Shown here: piece by piece, positions 31,228 to 39,846 of the stretch
Position numbering within the stretch: position 1 is the first letter of the stretch
Layout: each line of letters opens with the position of its first letter
From: Longimicrobiales bacterium
Lineage (GTDB): Bacteria; Gemmatimonadota; Gemmatimonadetes; Longimicrobiales; Gaopeijiaceae
DNA: 64,000 bases
Direction: 5' to 3'
Assembly (NCBI GenBank): GCA_965203485.1
Contig: OZ241892.1
Coordinates: 205,786 to 269,785 of the forward strand
Position numbers and translations under genes: made by a program
The notes under the pieces: generated by a model
What the model was told of the DNA's origin: nothing
Database searches by the model: none
What the model saw: only the letters and a program-made list of their open reading frames with translations

Positions 31228-32591
31228 CTGATCGGACGCCTGACCGGGCCGTTGTCCCAGTCCTGCACCGACGAGATGTTGGGCATCCCCCAGCGCTCGC
31301 CGTTCCATCCGCTGAAGCCCTCCATCTTGAAGGTCCACAGGCCAGTGGTCATGTCGCTCACCACGATCAGGCCGTCGGCGTTGCGCACGTCCACGCCGAA
31401 GGCTCCGTTGAACATCGGGTAGCGGTCCTTGTTGGGCGGGCCGACGTACGTGTCGTAGTAGCCCACCGTGACGGGATTCTCCGGGTCCATCAGCGAGAAG
31501 ACCTGCAGGCCGTCCAGGTAGCCGGACGCAAAGACGTAGGGCCAACGGACTTCGTGGTTGTGCACGAGGTTCTCCCAGTCCGCGGTCCAAGCCGAGATCG
31601 GTCGGCTGATGTTGGTCGTCTCGCCGTCGAGCGCGGGCTGGAGGTCGAAGATGCGGATCGGGGCGTACTGGTACTCGGTCTCGGCGATCACGTAGCGGCC
31701 GTCGGGGCTGGGCGTGAAGGTGTGGCCGTAGCGGACGCCGCTGATCCCCGCGAGCGAGACGCGCAGCTCCGGATTGTCCAGATCGCTCACGTCGTACACG
31801 TAGTAGCCGCCCGTGCCGCCGCCGTAGAAGCGGTCTTCTCCGGTGTCCGGATGATAGCCGACGTAGAAGTCGTGGTAGCCGCGCCCCGCGCCGCTTCCCT
31901 CGGCGGACTCCGGCACGGGCACCTTCCCGGCCAGCGCGTTCTCCATGTCGCCCGCCACAACGCTGGCCATGTCGTAGACGTGGGCGAAGGGGCCGCGCAC
32001 GGTGGCGAAGAGCAACACGCGGCCGTCCGAATGCTTGTAGACGAAGATGTTGTGGAAGCCGCCGGGCAGACCGGGCTCGCGGATGCGCGCCACCTCGCGG
32101 ACGGTGGACGGATCGGGAAGGCCGGTCACGTCGAGGACCACGGCGCCGAGGTCCGGGTTGGGGCCGCCTTGGCCGAACTGCAGGGACTGCACCACGTAGT
32201 AGCGCCCGGCCAGCTTGAAGTGCTTCACGTCCATGCCGCCGGTCCGCATGTGCAGGTCCTGGTTCTCGATCCGCCACTCGTACAGCACTTCGGGACTCTC
32301 GGGGTCGGCTATGGACACGATGTCCAAGCCCTTGGGGCCGACGTCGCCGTACACCATGCGGCCGACGTAGGCGTAGGGCCGGTCCAGCTCCTGCTCCAGG
32401 TCCAGGTCGGAAACCGACAGCCGCGGGCCGAGCGGGGCGTGGCCGAGGACGTCCATGTTGTCGCTGCCCGGCGCCGAGGGCGTCCACTGCTGGGCGTGGG
32501 CGGCGGGGGCGGGGAGCGCGAGGAGGAGGGCGACGGCGAGCGCGGCGACGGAACGCCCGGCGCCGAGGTGACGGCAAGCGAGTACGTGCAT
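31224..32591 (-). CDS. Secreted beta-propeller protein (LVIVD-repeat-like)
   Basis: Signal 'AALAVALLLALPAPAAHA'. Repeated 'G..vvDvsdP..P' type blades, for example 'GLDIVSIADPESPEV', 'AVVLDVTGLPDPS', 'YYVYDVSDLDNPEL', 'LQVFSLMDPENP'. Confidence 0.7.
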   Translation of the reverse strand: MHVLACRHLGAGRSVAALAVALLLALPAPAAHAQQWTPSAPGSDNMDVLGHAPLGPRLSVSDLDLEQELDRPYAYVGRMVYGDVGPKGLDIVSIADPESPEVLYEWRIENQDLHMRTGGMDVKHFKLAGRYYVVQSLQFGQGGPNPDLGAVVLDVTGLPDPSTVREVARIREPGLPGGFHNIFVYKHSDGRVLLFATVRGPFAHVYDMASVVAGDMENALAGKVPVPESAEGSGAGRGYHDFYVGYHPDTGEDRFYGGGTGGYYVYDVSDLDNPELRVSLAGISGVRYGHTFTPSPDGRYVIAETEYQYAPIRIFDLQPALDGETTNISRPISAWTADWENLVHNHEVRWPYVFASGYLDGLQVFSLMDPENPVTVGYYDTYVGPPNKDRYPMFNGAFGVDVRNADGLIVVSDMTTGLWTFKMEGFSGWNGERWGMPNISSVQDWDNGPVRRPIS

Positions 32592-32979
32592 GGTTTGGGG
32601 CTCCTGCTGCTTGGGGACTTCGCGGCTTCGGGAGATGCTTCCTCAAGATGGCGAGTCGGCGCGTCTTCCGAAACCTTGGGTTGCCGGACAGCCGACCGGG
32701 GCGCATTCTGGGCAACGGCGCATTCCGATTCGGGAACGACATCACTTGGCGTATGGAGGCAAACGATGGACCGGACGGCAACCGGCGCTTCGGCGGAGAT
32801 TCGATGCTACTCGGCAGGGCCGAAACAAGTCTACGCCACCGAGCTGGTGCGCTCCGGCGAGGCTGGGCGGCCGGGCCGCAGGTGGGTGGGACACAGCGCC
32901 GAGGGCGAGACGGCGGACACGGTCGAGGCGCTGCCGGGGGCGGGGGAACCGGGGCGTCATGTGCGAGTGGGGCGAAGGC

Positions 32980-33503
32980 ATGATCGGCTTCTTCGAGGTT
33001 CCGTTTGGCGCGAGGCGCGTCCAGCACCCGGGCCCGGACGGCTTGCGGTACTCGGCCATGACCGACGAGTACAAGATCGTCGCGACCCGCGGAGCCGACA
33101 CCGTGCGGGTGATCTAGCGCGTATTGCCCGCGGAGCAGGTGAGCGACGCGGAATGGAGCGCCGTGGAAGAGGAATGGGACCAGTGGATCGCGGAGCGTCC
33201 CGGCGCATCCTGCGATCCTCGGCGTTCGGTCCGCCCAGTCGCAAAGCCCGTCGTGGTCGATCTCTTTTTGGGACCTCGGCGGCACGATGTTCGTCGAGGT
33301 TGAGCACGACGGCGGGAACTACTGGGAAGCCTTCGACCCCCGGCGCGCTGGTGGGCCGCCTGCCGGCGCCGCGCCGAAAAGAGGGCATCGGAACCTCGTC
33401 GCTCGTGCCCCCCGCCTTCGGAGACGATCTCGTCGCGGCGATCCGACAGGACAGCCTCGACCTGGACCACATGGACGTCTTCGGGATCGGAGGGAGACGC
33501 TGA
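32980..33503 (+). pseudogene. Decayed beta-propeller-family gene (in-frame TAG plus at least two frameshifts)
   Basis: Protein-like text continues across TAG 33115 ('...ATRGADTVRVI*RVLPAEQVSDAEWSAVEEEWDQW...VVVDLFLGP'). It then shifts frame to 'MFVEVEHDGGNYWEAFDP' and shifts again to 'GALVGRLPAP...FGDDLVAAIRQDSLDLDHMDVFGI'. The pattern resembles the C-terminus of the 23560..24735 lipoprotein. Confidence 0.4.
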
Positions 33504-33689
33504 CGGCCGCCGAGTCAGCGTCGACTGCGCCGCGGCCGCGTGTCCGCCCCCCGACCTCGGCCGCTCTCCTTGCAGCGTGGGCCGCTCGATCGTAGATTCC
33601 TGCATTGTGCGTGCGTCCGTGCAACTCCAACCCACTCGCTCCGGCCGTGTTCCGGCGAGATGATGGACAACCCTAACGCCGAGGCTGCA

Positions 33690-34865
33690 ATGTTCCTCCA
33701 CGAGGTTATTCTCAGCAATGTTCTGTCGTTCGGTTCTGAGACTACCCTAGGGATGAAGCCCCTGAACGTCCTCGTCGGACCAAACGGCTCTGGCAAGTCT
33801 AACTTCATCGAGGCCCTTGGGTTGGTACGCGCCGCGCCAACCGACATTCGCGTACCAATCCGAGAAGGGGGAGGCATTGTGGATTGGCTGTGGAGAGGGA
33901 AGTGCCGACCCTCGTCGGCTCGCCTGGAAGTCGTGGTGGACAACCCTGGAAGGCAACAGTCGCTCCGCTATAGTCTGGAGTTTGGGGCAAGCGCCGGGCG
34001 CTTCGAGCTATTGACCGAAAAACTCGAGAATCAACACCCATATCCTGGCAAGAACGACCCGTACATTTACCTGACCTCCACCGGCGGACGGGCCACGTTG
34101 AACTACCGTGACCCCCACAATGAGCAGCAACGTCGACAACTCCGACCGGAAGATGTCGATTTCGATCAATCCATCCTAGCGCAGAGGAAGGATCCAGATC
34201 ACTATCCAGAGATCACATACTTGGGACGCCAGCTAGGCAAGATGCGTCTGTATCGTGAGTGGACCTTTGGGCGCAACACGCCTCCGAGACTGCCGCAGAA
34301 GCCCGACCTTCCCAACGACTTTCTCTTGGAAGACGGCAGCAATCTTGGACTCATCCTCAGCCGCTTGGCGTTGGATGTCGAGACGAAGCAAGCCGTGCTG
34401 GAGGCGTTGCATCAGCTATACGACGGCATATCTAACTTTCACGTCGTTGTCCAAAATAACGCCGCCCAGTTGTTCTTGCAGGAAGGCAACATGATGATTC
34501 CCGCGACGAGATTGTCAGACGGCACTCTGAGGTACCTGTGCTTGTTGACCGTGTTGTGCGACCCCGAGCCGCCCCCGCTAGTGTGCTTGGAGGAGCCGGA
34601 GCTGGGTCTTCACCCGGACGTGTTGCCGCAGTTGGCCGACCTTCTGCGCGACGCTTCCCGGCGATGTCAGTTGGTCGTCACCACGCATTCGGACACGTTG
34701 GTCGATGCGCTCACTGAAGACGCGGACGTGGTCGTGGTGTGCGAGAAGCATGACGGCAAGACAACTATGAAGCGGCTGGATCCGGCAAAACTGTCCGATT
34801 GGCTGAAGGAATACCGCTTGGGCCAACTGTGGAGTGCAGGAAAGATCGGGGGGAACAGATGGTGA
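33690..34865 (+). CDS. ABC-type AAA ATPase (AAA_21/AAA_15-like)
   Basis: ATG 33690 is preceded by GAGG; an alternative ATG lies at 33660. 'MFLHEVILSNVLSF', Walker A 'GPNGSGKSN', 'LSDGTLRYLCLL', Walker B 'LVCLEEPELGLHP', 'VVTTHS'. Confidence 0.85.
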   Translation: MFLHEVILSNVLSFGSETTLGMKPLNVLVGPNGSGKSNFIEALGLVRAAPTDIRVPIREGGGIVDWLWRGKCRPSSARLEVVVDNPGRQQSLRYSLEFGASAGRFELLTEKLENQHPYPGKNDPYIYLTSTGGRATLNYRDPHNEQQRRQLRPEDVDFDQSILAQRKDPDHYPEITYLGRQLGKMRLYREWTFGRNTPPRLPQKPDLPNDFLLEDGSNLGLILSRLALDVETKQAVLEALHQLYDGISNFHVVVQNNAAQLFLQEGNMMIPATRLSDGTLRYLCLLTVLCDPEPPPLVCLEEPELGLHPDVLPQLADLLRDASRRCQLVVTTHSDTLVDALTEDADVVVVCEKHDGKTTMKRLDPAKLSDWLKEYRLGQLWSAGKIGGNRW

Positions 34866-35464
34866 CGGTGTTTGTCGAAGGAGGAGGAGATACACGCGAA
34901 CTGAAAAGCCGTTGCCGCAAAGGGTTTAGCGAGTTCTTTCGCCACGCCGGCCTTAAGAACCGAATGCCTCGCGTTGTAGCGTGCGGTGGGCGGGGCAACG
35001 CCTACGACAAATTCTGCCGTAGCTTGGACATTCCGGTGGACGGCCATGTTGCCATCCTGCTCGTCGACAGTGAGGAGCAAGTCAGCCAAGAAGTTGGGCC
35101 ATGGTCCCACTTGCGAAAGCGGGATGGGTGGCAGAAGCCGCCGGGTGCCACTGACGACCAGGCGCAACTGATGGTTCAGTGCATGGAGGCGTGGTTCTTG
35201 GCGGACAGGGAATGCTTGGCGAAGGTCTTTGGCAAGGATTTTCGAGCAAAAGCGCTTCCGGGCAGTAAAGACATCGAAGGAATCGCGAAGGAAGACGTGA
35301 TGGCCGGCCTCAAGAAAGCGACACGCCGTGGCGGAAAGCTGTACCACAAGGGCCGTCATTCATTCGTCTTGTTGGCGAAGATCGACCCGAAGAAGGTTGC
35401 CGACGCCTCGCCACACGTAAAGCGACTGCTTGACTGCCTCGACCGGGTGTCGTGCGCGACGTGA
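34859..35464 (+). CDS. DUF4276-family protein (TOPRIM-like pattern)
   Basis: The ATG overlaps the ATPase stop by 7 nt (ATGGTGA). 'MVTVFVEGGGD' plus the acidic 'ILLVDSEEQ' and 'MEAWFLAD'. 201 aa. Confidence 0.8.
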   Translation: MVTVFVEGGGDTRELKSRCRKGFSEFFRHAGLKNRMPRVVACGGRGNAYDKFCRSLDIPVDGHVAILLVDSEEQVSQEVGPWSHLRKRDGWQKPPGATDDQAQLMVQCMEAWFLADRECLAKVFGKDFRAKALPGSKDIEGIAKEDVMAGLKKATRRGGKLYHKGRHSFVLLAKIDPKKVADASPHVKRLLDCLDRVSCAT

Positions 35465-35562
35465 GCGTTACGCGACTTGACGGATTGACACAGTAATCTG
35501 GCGGAGAATCTGTCAACGACGCCTCTGCACGGCAGAAAGCGCCGGAGCCGAGATCAGGAAAG

Positions 35563-35965
35563 TTAGTTGGTGACCAAGGGCACGCCTTCTGCCGAAGCCG
35601 CACTTCGGAGTCGGTTGTCCAGGGTAGCCAGCGGGAGCCGTCGTCGGCCAGCGAGCGCCAAATAGGCGGCGTCATAGGCCGACAGCTTCCGGCGGCGCGC
35701 TACTTCCAGGATGTCCGCGTCCTCGTCGCCTTCGTCGACTGTGATCGGAAGTTGGGCCAAAAAGGCCAGCGTATCGGCTACCTCCCGGGAGTTCTATTCG
35801 CCCTCGTCGCTCGGCAACCAGCAGTGCGTTCAGCATCTCGTATCGCCATATCCTGGGAACGACAGCGCCGGTCCGCACGACTTGTCGCATCACTTCCTCG
35901 GTTTCCGGGGTGCCCTCGTCGGCCAGGACCCAGGACAGCGCGACCGAAGCGTCCAGAACGATCAA
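35563..35965 (-). pseudogene. VapC-like PIN-domain toxin interrupted by one frameshift (near 35781-35800)
   Basis: The N-terminal half from TTG 35965 reads 'LIVLDASVALSWVLADEG...PRIWRYEMLNALLVAERRGRI'. The C-terminal half, in another frame, reads '...EVADTLAFLAQLPITVDEGDEDADILEVARRRKLSAYDAAYLALAGRRRLPLATLDNRL'. Confidence 0.55.
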
Positions 35966-36286
35966 CGGCGACGCCCCTCGTGAATCCAGCGCACCAGTTC
36001 GGCAAGCGGAACGGTCCGCAGGCGCGCGCGCCGTGTTTCGAATCCGCCCTGCGGCTTGGGAAGCTCTCCGCCTTGCGTCGTCTTCCACGGGCACTAGCCG
36101 GGCGATGGGGCATCCGTGTCTCGTAGTCGGCACGGCTGGCCTCCTTCTGGCCGCATAAATCGACTGGTCGTTTAAGACTGGACGGTTCTGACGGTACTGG
36201 CTCCTCTCGGATTCGATCAAGCCCGCGACCTGTGCGCCAAGGTCCCGGAACCATACCTTGGTCCCCGTGACCGCCCCCGACCTCAT
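35962..36286 (-). pseudogene. Phd/YefM-like antitoxin remnant, probably frame-disrupted
   Basis: 'TKVWFRDLGAQVAGLIES...RQNRPVLNDQSIYAA...TTRHGCPIARLVPVED' reads in one frame. The expected C-terminus '...PLAELVRWIHEGRRR*' is in another frame, and its TGA overlaps the toxin TTG (TTGA). Confidence 0.35.
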
Positions 36287-38039
36287 CCGCCGCCTGGTGC
36301 GCGAAGCCGTGGCGCGCCCGCTGACCGCCCCCGGCGCCGAAGCGCTCCCCCGCGCCACCATCGGCGACATCGACCTTGCGGCTTCCGCCTCAACCACCGA
36401 CGCCGCCATGCGAGCCGAATGGCGCGTGCTGTCCGCAGCCGTCGCCCGGCGTTGCCTGCTGCTGGCCGACGACCCCAAGCGCCCCGGCCGCCTCCGCGTC
36501 CTGGGCCCGGTCACGCACCAAGGCCCAGTGCGCTCCGTGGACGCCAGCCACCTGGCCAAGTCGCTCGAATCGCTGGCGGACCTGTCGCCCCTGGAAGCGG
36601 TGCGCCGGCTGACGGCCGAGCTGAACCGCGCCGCGGGGAACGGGCTGGCCTTCAACGGCCTCCTCACCCGTCACACGCTGGAATCCCGCTGTCGGCGCGA
36701 CCCTGCCCGATGGGAGCGCGCCCGCCGCGCGGTGGCCGACCTCCCGCCCGCGCCGAGCTCGTGGCGCCAGACGTTGTCGGCGCTGGGCTACCGCCTGGAC
36801 CGCCTTCCGCGACGGGGATACTTGGCCGTCCACGAAGGCCGGCCGGTGGCGGTCGTGCATCCCAAGAAGACGAGCGCGCTGGCCCGCTTGGACAGCGACG
36901 GCCGCCCGCCCGAGGGACTGCTGGCGGCGGACTGCAAGCAACGAGGCGCTCGCTACGGCATTCTGGCGTTTCGCGGCTACTTCCGTCTGTTCGACATGGA
37001 GTCCCCCGGCGGAACCCGTCACTGGCTCGAACTGGACGACGACCTGCTGGACGACGACCGGCGCGCCTTCCTGGCGTTGCTGGCGCCCCCGTCCCTGGTC
37101 GGCGACGGCTTCGCCAACCTGCAACAGGAGGCGATCAACTTCGGCGTCCGGCTGCGTGCCCGGCTGGACCGCACGATCCGTCAGGAGGCCCTTCCCGCGC
37201 TGGCCGCCGACATGGAGCACTGGGCCAAGGAGCACGGCCTGGACCTGCACGACGACGCCCAGCGCGACAAGCTGGAGAAGGCCGCGATGACGCTGGGCTT
37301 CCGCGCCGTCTTCATCCTCTTTGCGGAAGCCGCCGACCATCTGCCGATGAACAACGAATCCTACCGCAAGGCGTCGCTGTCGGAGCTTGTAACCGAGGCC
37401 CACGCGACCAAGGGCAAGCTGAGCCCGGCGTCGTCCGCGCTGTGGAACGGGTTCACGCGGCTGGTCAAGGCGATGCGATCCGGCAACCCGGCGTGGGACG
37501 TGCCCGCCTACAACGGCGCACTCTTCGCGGCCAAGGACTTCGCGGGCGCCGAGCTGCTGGAGCGGATGGAGCTGCGCGCCCCCGAGTTCGGGCGCGTGCT
37601 GTCGGCCGTCGGCCACGACGCCGAGCAAGGGAGGGGAGTGGACTTCTCGACGCTGGAGATCGCCCACATCGGCCATACCTACGAGTCCCTGCTGGGCCTG
37701 CGCCTGTCGCTGGCCGCCCGCCCGCTCCGCTACGACGCCGCCCGTAGCGACGCCCCCGTCAGTGGCCGCTCCTCCGCTCTCCGTGCCGAGGACGCCTTCC
37801 CGAGGCTCCACTGGGTGATCGTCCGGGGCGAGAGCGGCCACGATGCCCGTCAGATGGCCCCTGAGTGGGCGCGCACCGTCCGGGACCATTGTGCCGCTAG
37901 CGGCGTACCGTTCTTCTTCAAGCAGTGGGGCGGTCGGACCCCGAAGGCGGGTGGCCGGGAACTGGACGGTACGACCCGGGACGGCTTTCCCGTCCCCGAC
38001 AACACGGTCCTGCTCGTCGGCAACGCAGCGTTTCCGTAG
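36258..38039 (+). pseudogene. Chimeric ORF: N-terminal half of a PglX/type-IIG-like enzyme fused to a DUF5131 (phage Gp37/Gp68) C-terminus
   Basis: 'ARYGILAFRGYFRLFD', 'FILFAEAADHLPMNNESY', 'PAYNGALF' and 'LEIAHIGHTYESLLGL' are typical of the pre-methylase region. No (D/N)PPY motif follows. From about 37800, 'LHWVIVRGESGHDARQMAPEWARTVRDHCAASGVPFFFKQWGG' is DUF5131-like. Confidence 0.55.
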
Positions 38040-38177
38040 CGCCCCTCCCGGCCATGCCGCTTGTTGATCCCAGGTGGTGATGTTATCGTGTAGGATACGA
38101 TGAGTACCATTGGGGAGAGCGAATGTCACACGAGGTGGCACACACAATCCAAGGGACATTCCAACAGGAGTCGACGA

Positions 38178-38672
38178 ATGAAACGACGAGTATTCTACAG
38201 CTTCCACTACCAGCCGGACAGCTGGCGTGCGAGCCAAGTGCGCAACATGGGTGTCGTTGAGGGCAACCAGCCCGCATCCGACAATGATTGGGAGGCGATC
38301 ACCGAGGGGGGTGAAAACGAAATCGAGGACTGGATCGACGATCAGATGCACGGTAGGTCCTGCGTTGTCGTATTGGTCGGCACCAACACGGCAGAGCGAA
38401 AATGGATCGACTACGAGATCAGAAAGGGATGGAAGGACGGCAAGGGCGTGGTCGGGATTCGCGTCCACGGGCTTAGGGACCAGGACCGCCAAGTATCAAG
38501 GCCAGGCAAGAATCCTTTCGCTCACATGTCGATAGGCGACAAATCTTTTTCGTCCATCGTAAAGTGTTACAATCCCGCCGGTTCGACCAGTCAGGATCGC
38601 TATGCCTGGATCAATGAAGACCTTGTATCGACAATCGAGGAAGCGATACAGATACGCAACGACTACAGCTAA
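38178..38672 (+). CDS. TIR-like domain protein (DUF1863 / ThsB-type)
   Basis: ATG preceded by AGGAG. 'MKRRVFYSFHYQPDSWRASQVRNMG', 'SCVVVLVGTNTAERKWIDYEIRKG'. 164 aa, visibly lower G+C. Confidence 0.85.
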   Translation: MKRRVFYSFHYQPDSWRASQVRNMGVVEGNQPASDNDWEAITEGGENEIEDWIDDQMHGRSCVVVLVGTNTAERKWIDYEIRKGWKDGKGVVGIRVHGLRDQDRQVSRPGKNPFAHMSIGDKSFSSIVKCYNPAGSTSQDRYAWINEDLVSTIEEAIQIRNDYS

Positions 38673-38686
38673 CAGGAAGAACTCCA

Positions 38687-39844
38687 ATGTCGTGCTCCTA
38701 TGAAGTTGTTCTTCTGCACCGTGGTCTCGACCAGTTTGCCGATGAGGTTGCTAATGATGTGAATCAGGCGGCAGACGGGGTCTTGGGACGTTCCGGTGTT
38801 TTGCGATGTAGCACGGCACTCCCTCAAGCAAACAACACGGCCCACGTCGTGGTTGTCTACCTGGGCAACAAAGCTGGCCAACGGGATGATGCCATTCGCA
38901 GAGCACTGAGTCGAGCACTCAAGTCACATTTCCCGATTCTTCCAATCGTGCGACGAGAAGATTTTGGTGATATCCATGAGAAGCTTCCGTCAGCTATCTC
39001 GCAAGTCAATACGATCAACTGGAACGACACCCCGGATCGAGCGGTGACAACTATTCTGGGGATGCTTGGGCTTGTGACGCAAGAGCGCAGGGTGTTTCTG
39101 TCATACGTTCGACGCGATTCAGGCCCAGTGGCGGAACAGCTACACGGGTTGCTCGTGCAGTCCGGCTTCGACGTGTTTTTAGATCGATTCACCGTTCCAC
39201 CGGGAAGTGACTTCAGCGAACGAATCGACGACGAGCTGGCCGACAAAGCTTTTGTGGTTCTTTTGGAGAGTCCTGGACTAGCGGAATCCAAGTGGGTCGA
39301 ACACGAGATTTCATACGCTCTACAACATCGAATCGAAATACTGGCTGTCGCATTGCCCAGTGCGAGCGAACCGACTCCATTGATTGACGATGCCTTCCGC
39401 ATTGACCTTGGGGAACAAGATTTCTCGGGTGGCAAGCTCACCGAGAGTGCATCGAATGCGCTTATCGGGAAGATTGAATTTGCCCACGCACGCGCAATTC
39501 GGAGACGTCGTGAGCAGATACTTGGCACGCTTACCGGGAGGCTCGATGAATTTGACCACACTTGGACTCCGATTGGGACATGGACGATTCAGGCTTTGTC
39601 GCCTGACAGCGTTTCCTCGGTGTACCGCGTCACGCCCCGTCGCCCACGATCGCATGATATGTATGCACTTGACATCGAACGGACCAAGGTCAGTTCGCCT
39701 AATGCTACCAGCACGCGGGCATCCGTCGTGCATGGTGGGGGACGCATCGACGAGCGAAAGCAAGCTGTATTGGAGTGGATTGGCCAGGCAACTCACATGG
39801 CGGTCAGGTCGATCGACACATGGACTCAGGATGTGGCGGCTTAG
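38687..39844 (+). CDS. TIR-domain protein with extra N- and C-terminal regions
   Basis: Starts 14 nt after the previous stop and is preceded by AGGAAG. The central TIR reads 'RRVFLSYVRRDSGPVAEQLHGLLVQSGFDVFLDRFTVPPGSDF...AFVVLLESPGLAESKWVEHEISYAL'. 385 aa. Confidence 0.8.
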   Translation: MSCSYEVVLLHRGLDQFADEVANDVNQAADGVLGRSGVLRCSTALPQANNTAHVVVVYLGNKAGQRDDAIRRALSRALKSHFPILPIVRREDFGDIHEKLPSAISQVNTINWNDTPDRAVTTILGMLGLVTQERRVFLSYVRRDSGPVAEQLHGLLVQSGFDVFLDRFTVPPGSDFSERIDDELADKAFVVLLESPGLAESKWVEHEISYALQHRIEILAVALPSASEPTPLIDDAFRIDLGEQDFSGGKLTESASNALIGKIEFAHARAIRRRREQILGTLTGRLDEFDHTWTPIGTWTIQALSPDSVSSVYRVTPRRPRSHDMYALDIERTKVSSPNATSTRASVVHGGGRIDERKQAVLEWIGQATHMAVRSIDTWTQDVAA

Positions 39845-39846
39845 CG

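Noticed and set aside
38041-38177. Possible promoter (TTGATC ... TATCGT/TAGGAT) ahead of the TIR operon.
   Set aside because: The spacer lengths (14 or 21 nt) do not fit a sigma-70 promoter, so this is not supportable from sequence alone.
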